In this document: one piece after another, positions 52,199 through 64,000 of the stretch
How positions within the stretch are numbered: the first letter of the stretch is position 1
Layout: every line of letters starts with the position of its first letter
Source: Priapulus caudatus
Taxonomy: Eukaryota
Direction: 5' to 3'
DNA length: 64,000 nt
Assembly: GCF_000485595.1 (NCBI RefSeq)
Contig: NW_014577071.1
Span: 548,551-612,550, forward strand
Program-made: the position numbers and the translations under genes
Notes under the pieces: model-generated
What the model was told of the DNA's origin: nothing
The model's input: only the letters and a program-made list of their open reading frames with translations
Databases searched by the model: none

Positions 52199-55132
52199 TG
52201 TATGAATATATTATATATAATTTACGCCTGTAGCATGTCAATATATCATTTAGCTTTGACGATGAATATTCCTCGTTGTGTACATGAAACCGACGGAAAT
52301 TTGTAAATATAAAATAAACAAAACTGAAATAATAGTAAAAAAAAATCTGTTCATGGATGCTGCCTATGAATACCAGTTACCTACTAACAAATATTGCTTT
52401 ACTGTGTTTATCGCAATTCCTGGCATAGATAATGTGTTTATATTTCGGCCCGATAAATTAGAATAAAAATACACCAGCACCCAAAGTGTTTTATGTCCAG
52501 CTCCTACAAGATGTCAAAATGATTTCTACAGAGTTTATTATAATATATGCTCCTACATTTAATCGTTACTATTACGATGATGTCACATTTCAGTTGAATG
52601 CAGTTTTGTTACGGACATGGTTAATGACATTTTCACAAGGGCTACTACGTCACTGACCTATGGCGATATGTCACAAACACAAGACAATACTGGATTATTA
52701 TAAGCAATAATACCAACATTTCTGCTAATATTGAGTTCCTATCATGCCAAATAAAAAAAGTGTAATTTACAAATATTATCTGGATAATTTATTATGCGAA
52801 TTAATAGTATTTACAACACGTTTTTGAACTCATATACCATTCACAGTCTCAAGTACCGTCTTGCATCTCTTCACATCGTTTACCTCTCAAGTTGCGTTCT
52901 CTACTATACAGTAATATCTGTATTATACAGAATAACAGATTTTGAAAATGGTACATTCAGTATGTGGTATAACACGGAAAAACGTGACTAACCAGAATCC
53001 CTCGCTACCATCAGGTATAAGCATTATTCGCTTTACATTATTCCCCTCTTTCTTTTCCTTTCACCTTCTTTTCCATTCTTCGAATCGTAGTGCCGACATG
53101 TGACGTGCGTATATTTCAATACTTAGATAACATTTCGTTGTATGATGTCCATAGTAATAACGATAGGTTTAGCAGATCGTGCATTTACGCATCACACAAA
53201 TGGCTATCGAAACGATATCATTTAACGAATACAAAAAGAAACTATAGTTGAGATGAATGCTGGGCCTACCCTAATGTCGATATTTCACGTTGAACACTCA
53301 AATACTGACGAAGTGGCGTATCGAAAGTCACCCACAAGTAACGTTCAACTATTGGAAGAGTATTGTATTGCAATCGGACCCGCACGATGCGAGAACCGAT
53401 TCAGAACACGATCTAAGTAACTCACGCCCGACACCTAGAATCTATAATAAGAATTTAAAAAGAGCATACAATTAATGTTTGCTCTGTGGGGAAGAGGGGG
53501 GGGGATTATGTGGGGTTAGGGTGAGGGGAGGTAGCTGGGTAGTTAGGGGGATATGTAGCTGGAAGGTGTGGCTCCATTGAAACACCGGCTTGTACGTTTG
53601 AACATAGAGATTAATTATACATTACGCACGTTTACATAAAAGCTGATTGTCGGACGAGTAGTGAAAAAAGCCCTAAACAAAACACTGTCCCTACAAGCGC
53701 GTATGCTATATTCGTTCGGCTATAATTATAACGATAATGTTCATCAACATGTATATATTAACACTAACTCTTAAAATGTTAATGAATCGGTCCTGTATTA
53801 TACAATCACGATCAACCCCACAGCTCGTCCTTATGATACAATTCTCATTAGGCTAATTACACATAACACGGGTGCAGTCGTTGCCTGTATGTCAACTATA
53901 CTATCACAGTTGTCAAACGAAATGTTCAACCACGAGGAATAAAATTTTGCTTGTATAGACCATGCGCGTCAGACGCGAGGTTCTCACATCATAATCGTAT
54001 GATTACGATTTTTTTCATTATCGACAGTAACTCCTGTCTGTCGCACGTGCGGCTAAACCTATGAACGACAAGCGCGTTGTTACTAACGCCATCTTTCGGT
54101 ATAAAGGCGTACTATTGCGGATGCTTTGCAACTATCGCAATCAGCTATATTGGCAAACGATGCAGGGCAAGTAGATCACAATGTATGAACAACACATGAT
54201 ATTATCAAGAGGGTACGATGTACACCCGCGTATCGTATTCTCCTGATAATATTATAGTAGAACAATGTATGCCATCGTAGGCATGCGTTACTCGCGGCAA
54301 ATGACAATTATCAATAGTACTGTGTATGTATACAGTGTATCGTCTTACTAAAATATGTGCGGTTGAGATAGAACTTACTAAAATATGATGGTTTTGTTGT
54401 TGCGTGACAATCTCACAACTATTAACCTCAAATAAGGCGCACAACCGACTACCGTAGTTCACCGTATACATAGCTGAATAATGTAGGTGTGTGTTATCTT
54501 TGTAAGTAACCAGTATACGAGTGTTTTCGTGTTATAAGCACTGTGATCGACATATATATAATTTACACGTTAGCCAGTTGTAATATACATTGGTGTGATG
54601 CGCGCGCTTCCAGGGCTGTTCGCAAACTACAAGTGTTGAGATCATTATAAATTCACGTCACGTGAGCGCGTTGCAACCTCGACGCTAAAACCGCGTTCGC
54701 GTCTTCTGGTTTTGATCTATTTACACATTATCATGCAAACATATAGCCAGTAATTGAACGAAATTGCGTTTACTCTAAGCCGAATAAAAAAAAAAATTCC
54801 ATTAAGCAAAAAGTTTGCTAAATCCATCTTAAATTTCTTTTCGCGTTTTCTGTGATAGCGGCACAACGAAAACATGGCCGTCGGATCATGGCGCGTTCAC
54901 TCGAACATCCGCGAGCACTGTCGCGCCCTCTACAACGCATTCCGCGCAGACGAAAACCGAAACAAAAAGCACCCCACCCTACCTCCCTCCCCTCCCTTCC
55001 CTCCCTCTCTTCCTCCCCTCCCTCCCCCCATTTAAATTTATAGCGGCGAATACTTTAACACACGGTATATATACGACATACGAGATAACATTCGCACCGA
55101 ACGTAAAAACGCTTGGCGGCGCACGAAAACAC

Positions 55133-55504
55133 TCAACTCTCCGTGTCTTCGCTCGGTCCGTCATGTTTCTCCAGCACGGCGGCCGCCTTCTGTAGCTGCA
55201 CGGTCCAGAAGAGAGCGTTGAATATCGTGTAGATCAGCGGGAAGAGGAAGCGACTGTATTTATCGATGTCGCTCGCCGTCACGCTCCGAGAGCGCGACAG
55301 ACGTCCGCAGCAGCAGTAGTCGCGCCCGTGCTGGTAGGGTGTGATGTCGCCTAGCTCAATGTCGACCGGATGCAAGTCCTGGTGAGCGTTTGCGTTCGGT
55401 ACCGCTACGTGGCGCTGGTTCACGGAATTGTTAACAGGCGGGTGGCCGTGCCCCGGACACCCGGGCTGATGCACGACTTTAGACTGGACGGAAAACTTTC
55501 CTTC
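55133..55504 (-). CDS. Terminal exon (end of intracellular loop and M4) of a second Cys-loop ligand-gated channel subunit, possibly RDL-like
   Basis: Minus-strand acceptor ttgttctcgttgcAG|GAA at 55506-55505, phase 0. Translates EGKFSVQSK...SVTASDIDKYSRFLFPLIYTIFNALFWTVQLQKAAAVLEKHDGPSEDTES*; IDKYSRxxFP..FNxxxW is the GABA/Gly/GluCl M4 motif. Upstream exons were not identified in the window. Confidence 0.88.
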   Translation of the reverse strand, partial: EGKFSVQSKVVHQPGCPGHGHPPVNNSVNQRHVAVPNANAHQDLHPVDIELGDITPYQHGRDYCCCGRLSRSRSVTASDIDKYSRFLFPLIYTIFNALFWTVQLQKAAAVLEKHDGPSEDTES

Positions 55505-55547
55505 CTGCAACGAGAACAAATGGTTCAATATAGTACAGACCTGATAG

Positions 55548-55780
55548 TATCAGGAGTGTATAACATAGACGTGTAGACGTGTTGAGATATAAGAAATGCT
55601 TGAAGAAGATTATAAATATAGAGATGATCGAGAAAATATATAAGAAATGGTTGAATATAATATAGACCTGATCGTGTTAAAAGTGTATAATATAGACGTG
55701 TAGACGTGTAATATATATAGGAGTGTATAGTATAGATATAATATATAGTTATAATATATCTATATTATACACTCCTGATA
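55548..55780. mobile_element. Palindromic element, family C
   Basis: TIRs TATCAGGAGTGTATAACATAGA / TCTATATTATACACTCCTGATA with internal partial repeats of TATAATATAGAC. Confidence 0.65.
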
Positions 55781-56571
55781 ATATAGTAGGTTAGACGCGT
55801 GGGTAAGGCACGAAACAGCCAACTCGACGTTATTTTAGTGAATTTTCCACCCTATACTTAGTTTCTTACGCGTGCGCATAGTGCGCTATACCCGGAGTAA
55901 GGAGAAGCAAAAATAAAAAGAGCAAACTCAAAACGCGAACGGATGAATATAATCAGTAAAGAAGACGACGAGCAGAAAGAAACCACCGCATGGAAAGCCG
56001 AGCAGAGAAGCGCGACGAGAGAGATCAGAGATACGCTATGTAAATAGCGATGACGAATGATGGGTAGCTAATGAAGTACAGGGATGTATGGCTAATCAGT
56101 CTAGGGTACCCGTCGTTACTGACGCCTCCTTAGTTATCACTCGTTCGCAGACTTACGCATGAAAGACGAGAAATCCCGACAAGTATTGACGCGGGTTTTT
56201 TTCCCCAGCGCGATAGCGTGAAATCATACTCGCTGTGTGCGCATGCGCTGTCGCCACAGCATTACTAATGTAATCAATTGTGAAGTTGATCGCAGTCGAC
56301 GGAGAACGTATAGGAGCATAATGAAATTACTGCTACGGTATAGCTTTGATATATCGAAGCTTGCTTACTCATGTAGATCGGGCCCTCCGGTGCACGTTTA
56401 GAAATAGAATGATATATGAATCTCTCACGTGGAAAGAAAATGGTCTCTTTGAGTCGATGGTGGAGCGTGCAATCATCACCACAGTCACGATTCAAATATT
56501 CACAGCGGGAGGCGACGACATCAATTATGTATGCAGCGCATCCTTGTCAGCTATATAGGACGAATATAGCC

Positions 56572-56617
<46 letters not shown>

Positions 56618-56922
56618 CCGGGGCGGATGACGACCGGCGGCAGGTGCAAGTTGCCCCCCCCCCTCTCCCCCTCATCCCTTTCAACGGCGACGGGTTATTT
56701 GCGCCAATCGACGTCTACCAGTGAAGAGTCGATCAACGTTCGAACAATCAATTATAATGCCCACGAATCGCACTGATGCCTCGCGAAGATCCGCCAGTAT
56801 TAACTTCAGAGACATTATCTGAGCCTTCACTCTAGGGTAGCGAGTTGTTCGGTTTACTTTGAAACATCTTATTAACATCAGAGGGCCGGCTTCTGATCAA
56901 TATGCAACCGCGACTGACTAAG

Positions 56923-57234
56923 GCTGATAGGGTCTATGTCCCCCAGGGTACTGCCGGAACGTACTCTGGTACTAAATACTACTATCTAATATACCGGACC
57001 GTACCTCGCCTACTCCACTAACCAGTCTAGGGAGTCGCCTACGCCTACTCCCTAACCCTAACCCTAACTCTAACCCTAACCCTAACACTAACCCTAACCC
57101 TAACTCTAACCCTAACCCTAACCCTAACCCTAACTCTAACCCTAACCCTAACACTAACCCTAACCATATCAGCTAGATAGTTACCAGGGTACGTTCCGGC
57201 AGTACCCTGGGGGACATATCAGGACCCTATCAGC
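56923..57234. mobile_element. Mutator-like MITE with internal (TAACCC)n, family B2
   Basis: About 50-bp TIRs GCTGATAGGGTC..ATGTCCCCCAGGGTACTGCCGGAACGTAC; 9-bp direct repeat CTGACTAAG at 56914-56922 and 57235-57243; internal telomeric-type tract at about 57050-57166. Confidence 0.85.
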
Positions 57235-57714
57235 CTGACTAAGGCTACTAGAAAAATGCCTGTGTAGGCCCGATGTAAATTAGATTTTTACTTAAGTTAG
57301 GCTCTCGCTTCGTTAATGCCGTACAATGATTAGGAATTAATGAGAATGTGCCGATAAGATTATTTAACATCTATTTATAATGCAAACGACTTTAATATAA
57401 TCTAATTAGGGATGAATCGCTCAGTCTCGTCATGTCAATGCAACATTTTCTGGCCTGTCCGCCCATACATCTTTCATCCATAATTAAATGGATAAATTAA
57501 TTTATTCATCGATACGACCATTAATCTATTTATCGATCCATCGATTCATCTAGCCATCGATCGATCCATCGTTCCACCCGTCTGTCCCTCTGTCTGTCAA
57601 TCCGACAGAGAGAGAGAGAGAAATAGAGAGACAGAGAGACAGAGAGGGAGAGAGAGAGGGAGAGACAGAAAGAAAGATAGAGAGAGAGACAGAAAGAAAG
57701 AGAGAGAGAGAGGG

Positions 57715-57753
<39 letters not shown>

Positions 57754-57816
57754 AGAGAGAGAGCGAGGACGCGAGAGCGAGAGCGAAGACGAGAGAGAGA
57801 GACGAGAGAGAGAGAA

Positions 57817-57857
<41 letters not shown>

Positions 57858-59805
57858 AGAGAAAGGCAGAGCCATCCTACCGTTTCCTTAGTAGAATCGC
57901 ATCGGCAAAGCTTTTAAATTAGCAGAAATGCAAGCACATTTTCCCCCGTGACTGACGGCCAGTCACAATGTTTTACGCTAATTCTCCCTACACACGAAGC
58001 GTTTCCTGTTTTTATGCGGACGCAGTTTTGACGGGTAAAACCTCCAACCTCGCAAAGCGAGACAACGCTGATCGCGCATCTCGTTGGAGTTAGTCTTGGC
58101 TTCTGCGTCGTGAATTTATTCGTCGCTAATTAATATTCCCGTGAAGACGATGAGCGAACGCGCTAGCGGCAAGGTTTCATAGTTATTGAAACTGCCTCTA
58201 TAAGTTAGACACCCGTTGTTCCTTGTCTCGCACGAAGGCATTAAAAGCAACGAGGAATACACGTTAATGGCATTTGTTGATGATGTTAAAAGCTGAGACG
58301 CACAGTACCATAGCCCGAGCTGGAACCGTAGACATGGCAACGGAATTCACCTTGCACATTACGTGAAGTGGAATTAAAGACAAAATAATCTCTTGTTCAC
58401 TTGAAGAATAAGACTACTCGCAGAAACGTCCATGCGTCTTAGACGATTTGGCCAAATTAAGAACACATCGTGTAGTTTGTATGTCGCTGTAATAGTTTCG
58501 ATAAATATCCGTGTATGTCCTCCCCCACACCGCGCCCACGCTGCTCCGACACCGCGCAATATGCCACACGGGGCCACGTAATGTCACTTCGCATTCGGTT
58601 TTCGAAGAAGTCGGCGAACGCAAACCTTTCCTCCGAGAATCGACGCCTAGAACAATATATGAGAGAGTATTTATGTTTCATCATCATCTAATGGTCACTC
58701 ATCATTTCAACTGTCATTCTCCCTTCCACCTTCTCGTCTCGCTTCCATGTTTTTTTTTATCGAAGTTTTATTATTGTGTTATCGTTACCGTTCCATGTCT
58801 TCCTCCTTTCTACGCGCTCCTATTATCTTTTGTTCACGTTCTTTTTCATGCTTCTTTATCTCTTTTTTTCTTTTCCGTAGAAAGTTTTGTAACGGCGTTA
58901 AAGGTATTTTTCTTATGCTTTTCCATTTTTCTCTTCGGCTTGATGTTCCTTTTGCTTCTCTTCATAATTTTTCTCTTCTTTCTCGTCCTCTTGTTTTTTT
59001 TACTTTATCCATTTCTTAATATACGTAATATATAGATGTAAACTGGATAGTGACTTTTATAGTATTTGCAGATATAAATCATGAGATGGTCGTATCAGCT
59101 TGAATTTATTCCCAAGCGTGTTTACTAAAAGAAAATAATCAATATAAATATTTCAAAAGAAGACTGTTGCGTAGAAATATAACTTGACGTGAAAATTGGG
59201 TAATTCATCGCTAATAATAGAATGAACTGCCATTGTATATTCGCAACACAATGAACGAGCTACGAATTATCACCCTGTTGTTGATAAAACTCGTGAACCT
59301 TGTTTTTCGCGTGAACATAACACACGTCTCTCTTAAATGTTAAAAATCGACATTAGAGTCATATAGGGGGGAGCTGCACGCTGAGTGATGAGGTTAGTAT
59401 GGAATACACTACAGGGATGATGAAAAAGGTTTATCGAGTAATTATCTATGCTAATCTACTCCTATATCATCTATATAACCGATTTATTTTGTTAAACCGC
59501 CATCAATATCCATCTCCTACGTCAGCTTCCTCTCTCCCCGATCACTCTATAGTCCACAGTCACCTCACCCCACAACTACTATACTTTCTTTTTAGTATAT
59601 GGCGCCTCTCTCTCTCTCTCGCTCACATATAAAACCATTGAATATTTGCCTGCTATGAAATGCAAAACCATTCAAAATGAGTCAAACAGATTCGGACGCG
59701 CGCGGTCGATATCATAAAATACTACTATATTCATCTGACAACGCGAGCGTTCGCATTGGCAATAGGTGTATAGCTTACCGCCGTACCCCCACCTCTGGGT
59801 CTCTC

Positions 59806-59887
<82 letters not shown>

Positions 59888-60005
59888 NNNNNNNNNNNNN
59901 NNNNNNNNNNNNNNNNNNNNNNNNNCGTATCGTACGTCTGTCACGTCTCGTCTCTACTCTACCTCTCTCTCTCGTATCGTCTCTCTCTCTCTCTCTCGTA
60001 TCTCG

Positions 60006-60163
<158 letters not shown>

Positions 60164-61488
60164 CACGATGCAATTGAGGCGACGAGTCCGGAGAATGGCT
60201 GACGTACTTATGACCATATGCACGCATAAATCACTTAGATCCCCCGAAGCCATCCATTTTGCATTTTATCTCGACTGATATACCGACTCACTCGCGGGGA
60301 GAGAGCATTTCCCAAGCGATCAGCACATTTCATATCGTTATCCGCGCTGCAGTAGAACTGTTATTTTGGTCGCGTGAACAGAGTCGGATGAGCATTTCTC
60401 ATTTTTTCTTCTTATACGCGATTGTCGCTACTCTGTGAGCTAGCCGCTCCGCTAAATACGCCAGGGGGCGCACATGTTTGTTGCTTTTAAATGCTGCATT
60501 TTTCATATCCACTCAAATAGGAATATTTTTTCGTCATTTTGCTAAAAGCAGATTCACATCATGCTAAATATTAGATGTGGTTAGACTTGTTTGAAACACG
60601 GTCGTAAAGAGACGTCTTATATAGTAAATATATAGTTTACTGCACGAAATTCGGTAGTTTCGTTACGGTAATTTTCAAAGACTTGACTTTCAACTATCAT
60701 TTAAAAAAGTAAAACATTAAAAATCTTTCCAGACATAGTTCTCACCAGATAAAAATACACTAAATCTAAGGAATAATTTATTGTATGAGCACACCTCGTG
60801 TCCCTTTAATCTTCTTCTCTTAACTAGATAATCTCACAAGGGTTCATTAGGCGTTATGTTATGCGAGGGTTTAACATAATAAACTATTTAAATGAGGTTC
60901 GCTGAAGGCTACCTCAGTTCAATCCTCCATAGAGAGATTACACGGATAAATCTCTAAATCTGCTTATATCATAAGCGGTACAGCGCTTGTGTAAAGTTAC
61001 CAAGAAAAACTACCAGGGGTACTATTCTTTGCAATTTTCTCATGTGAATGCGTGCATGTATATAGTTATTAAGGTGCATATTCATATGCTTCACCTTTCT
61101 ATCCCCCGTTATCAAACTTTGGTGATTTTGCATTACTTCACTGTAGGCAGTAATGACTATACCAGGAATAATTTTTTGACTTTTACAGCAGCAATTGTTT
61201 AGTATCGTAAATCGATGTTCATTCGCCGATGTACGAACTTGAAATACACTAATAGCTAATTTTTTACATTAAAATAAAAGGTACTGTGGTTTAGCGGAGA
61301 CCAGTAGTCTTTTCTAGTGACTATAATCATATGATAAGGCCGAGAGATAGATGACCCGTTCCAAGATGAAGCCAAATTGACTATACAAACCATAGAAATA
61401 ATATATTAGTATTATATTATATATTCCTATTTTGTCACTATATGGCCCTATATTGTCCCTATATATGTTCCTATATGTCCTTATATAT

Positions 61489-61586
<98 letters not shown>

Positions 61587-62391
61587 NNNNNNNNNNNNNN
61601 NNNNNNNNNNNNNNNNNNNNNNNNNNNNNNNNNNNNNNNNNNNNNNNNNNNNNNNNNNNNNNNNNNNNNNNNNNNNNNNNNNNNNNNNNNNNNNNNNNNN
61701 NNNNNNNNNNNNNNNNNNNNNNNNNNNNNNNNNNNNNNNNNNNNNNNNNNNNNNNNNNNNNNNNNNNNNNNNNNNNNNNNNNNNNNNNNNNNNNNNNNNN
61801 NNNNNNNNNNNNNNNNNNNNNNNNNNNNNNNNNNNNNNNNNNNNNNNNNNNNNNNNNNNNNNNNNNNNNNNNNNNNNNNNNNNNNNNNNNNNNNNNNNNN
61901 NNNNNNNNNNNNNNNNNNNNNNNNNNNNNNNNNNNNNNNNNNNNNNNNNNNNNNNNNNNNNNNNNNNNNNNNNNNNNNNNNNNNNNNNNNNNNNNNNNNN
62001 NNNNNNNNNNNNNNNNNNNNNNNNNNNNNNNNNNNNNNNNNNNNNNNNNNNNNNNNNNNNNNNNNNNNNNNNNNNNNNNNNNNNNNNNNNNNNNNNNNNN
62101 NNNNNNNNNNNNNNNNNNNNNNNNNNNNNNNNNNNNNNNNNNNNNNNNNNNNNNNNNNNNNNNNNNNNNNNNNNNNNNNNNNNNNNNNNNNNNNNNNNNN
62201 NNNNNNNNNNNNNNNNNNNNNNNNNNNNNNNNNNNNNNNNNNNNNNNNNNNNNNNNNNNNNNNNNNNNNNNNNNNNNNNNNNNNNNNNNNNNNNNNNNNN
62301 NNNNNNNNNNNNNNNNNNNNNNNNNNNNNNNNNNNNNNNNNNNNNNNNNNNNNNNNNNNNNNNNNNNNNNNNNNNNNNNNNNNNNNNNNNN

Positions 62392-62504
<113 letters not shown>

Positions 62505-64000
62505 CTATATGTCCTTTATGTCCCTATATGTCCATATATGTCCCTATATTGTTCCTATATATTTCTATGAAACACGTAACGCGTATACACAGCTGGTGTA
62601 TTATAGACAGCAAAGCCCGTACAGAGACCGCAATCTCTCTCTCTCATGCGCTAATAGATATTTGTATGCGGCTAGTTTAACAGTAAAGCCTCAGTGTCTT
62701 GTGTTTCAGTTTGCAGTCATTTTCATTCGAAGGATATCGGCGTTTGATACGAACAGGAGCGAAATGCTAGCCGGACCTTTATCGTCTCGTCGTTCTTCTT
62801 ACTCTTCCCGAGGGTGGGCCAAAATTATGCAACGATTTCGTTGTTATGCAAATGCCATCCCATCGCCGTATTTTCCGTTCGCATCTCTCAAATGCATACT
62901 TGAATATACGTCGCGTGGCTAAATGAATTTATTATGTAAATTTAATTTCGAGAAGATTTGTAAGTTACGTAAACATGTCACGAGCTAATTTTTAGTGAAT
63001 GACGACCCGTGGGTAATTGACATCGTTCGCCCGTCACGTGACCGTATATTGACGTGACCAACGCTAATTTAAATATTGCGTGGGCGCAATACAACATGGC
63101 AGTAAACTTTATTTTAAAACTATATTTTAATGCTGTTAATCTCGTTAGAAACCGATACAAAAATTCTGAAAAAATTGATGCCAAGTTCAGTTCGTAATCG
63201 GTAGTTTATATAGTAGTGGTATTTTGGTATGAGTTCCAATATTGCTTAGACCGGCTTGTTTCACGCCACGGGGACGGTGGAAAATGCATTGAATATTAGA
63301 AATGGTGACGGAAGAATGCAATATATTATATATAATATATATATATATATAGCAGCAACTAAAAAGTTGGGGAAGATTATAGGCACGCAACTACAACGTA
63401 GTATACAGTATATAAAGCAGTATACGATATAGGTTTTCGATATGACGTCACTTGCAGCTTGCACAACATCATTGTGAGGGCGTGTGTGCATTTGTGATCC
63501 ATATACGGGTAATTTTCCATCGACGTCGCGATTTTTACATTACCCTTAGTGTAGACGATATCAAAATCAATGTGCACATTGCGAACGCGCAATTGCAGCT
63601 GAGGTTTATGAAATTTTGCGATTAAATATGACTGAAATGCGACTAATAGACTGAATATTATAATTATATGGACGATTAATGACATTGGAGTTTACGGTAT
63701 AGTCAGACGGTTCTCTCACTGTTCGTATGTAGCATCGAAAAAGAGGTCACGAGGAAAAAATACGGCGCACACGCACACACGCACACACACATACACACAC
63801 ACTGCACACACACACACACACATACACCAGGTCAAGCACACACGCACTGCGCACTCGCGCGCGCACACACGCACACCACAGACCACCACACACACAATGG
63901 ACGCTACACCCACTCTGCGCCATACAACACACACGACACACACGAGGTCCACAACACACACACACACAGCACCACACACACACTCTATATTATATATAAT

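Noticed and set aside
57050..57166. Telomere or chromosome fusion site
   Set aside because: Short tract enclosed by TIRs and a TSD, so it is transposon-borne.
57881..57960. Candidate upstream exon of the minus-strand gene (AAACG|GTAGGA donor-like site)
   Set aside because: No recognisable Cys-loop peptide or convincing acceptor; cannot be supported without RNA data.

Overview
Repeat-rich invertebrate (metazoan) genomic DNA from a draft assembly with 9 N-gaps. The + strand carries 8 coding exons (1240-48090) of a Cys-loop ligand-gated ion channel of the GABA-receptor beta-like / LCCH3 class. They splice with GT-AG junctions into one frame of about 454 aa; the signal-peptide exon(s) were not found. 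About 7 kb downstream, tail-to-tail on the - strand, is the terminal M4 exon of a second Cys-loop subunit whose motif (TASDIDKYSRFLFP) resembles RDL. Introns hold microsatellites, minisatellites, several non-autonomous DNA transposons and two tRNA-derived SINE-like heads; a Helitron-like element lies between the two genes. Much of 8-29 kb consists of indel-laden duplicated segments that look like long-read gap-filling artefacts. The most unusual observations are (i) a decayed second copy of the M2 pore-exon start just upstream of the real exon and (ii) two MITEs with different TIRs and 9-bp TSDs that share a telomeric (TAACCC)n core. No prokaryotic-type system (CRISPR etc.) is present, and nearly all ORF-track entries are microsatellite or gap artefacts.
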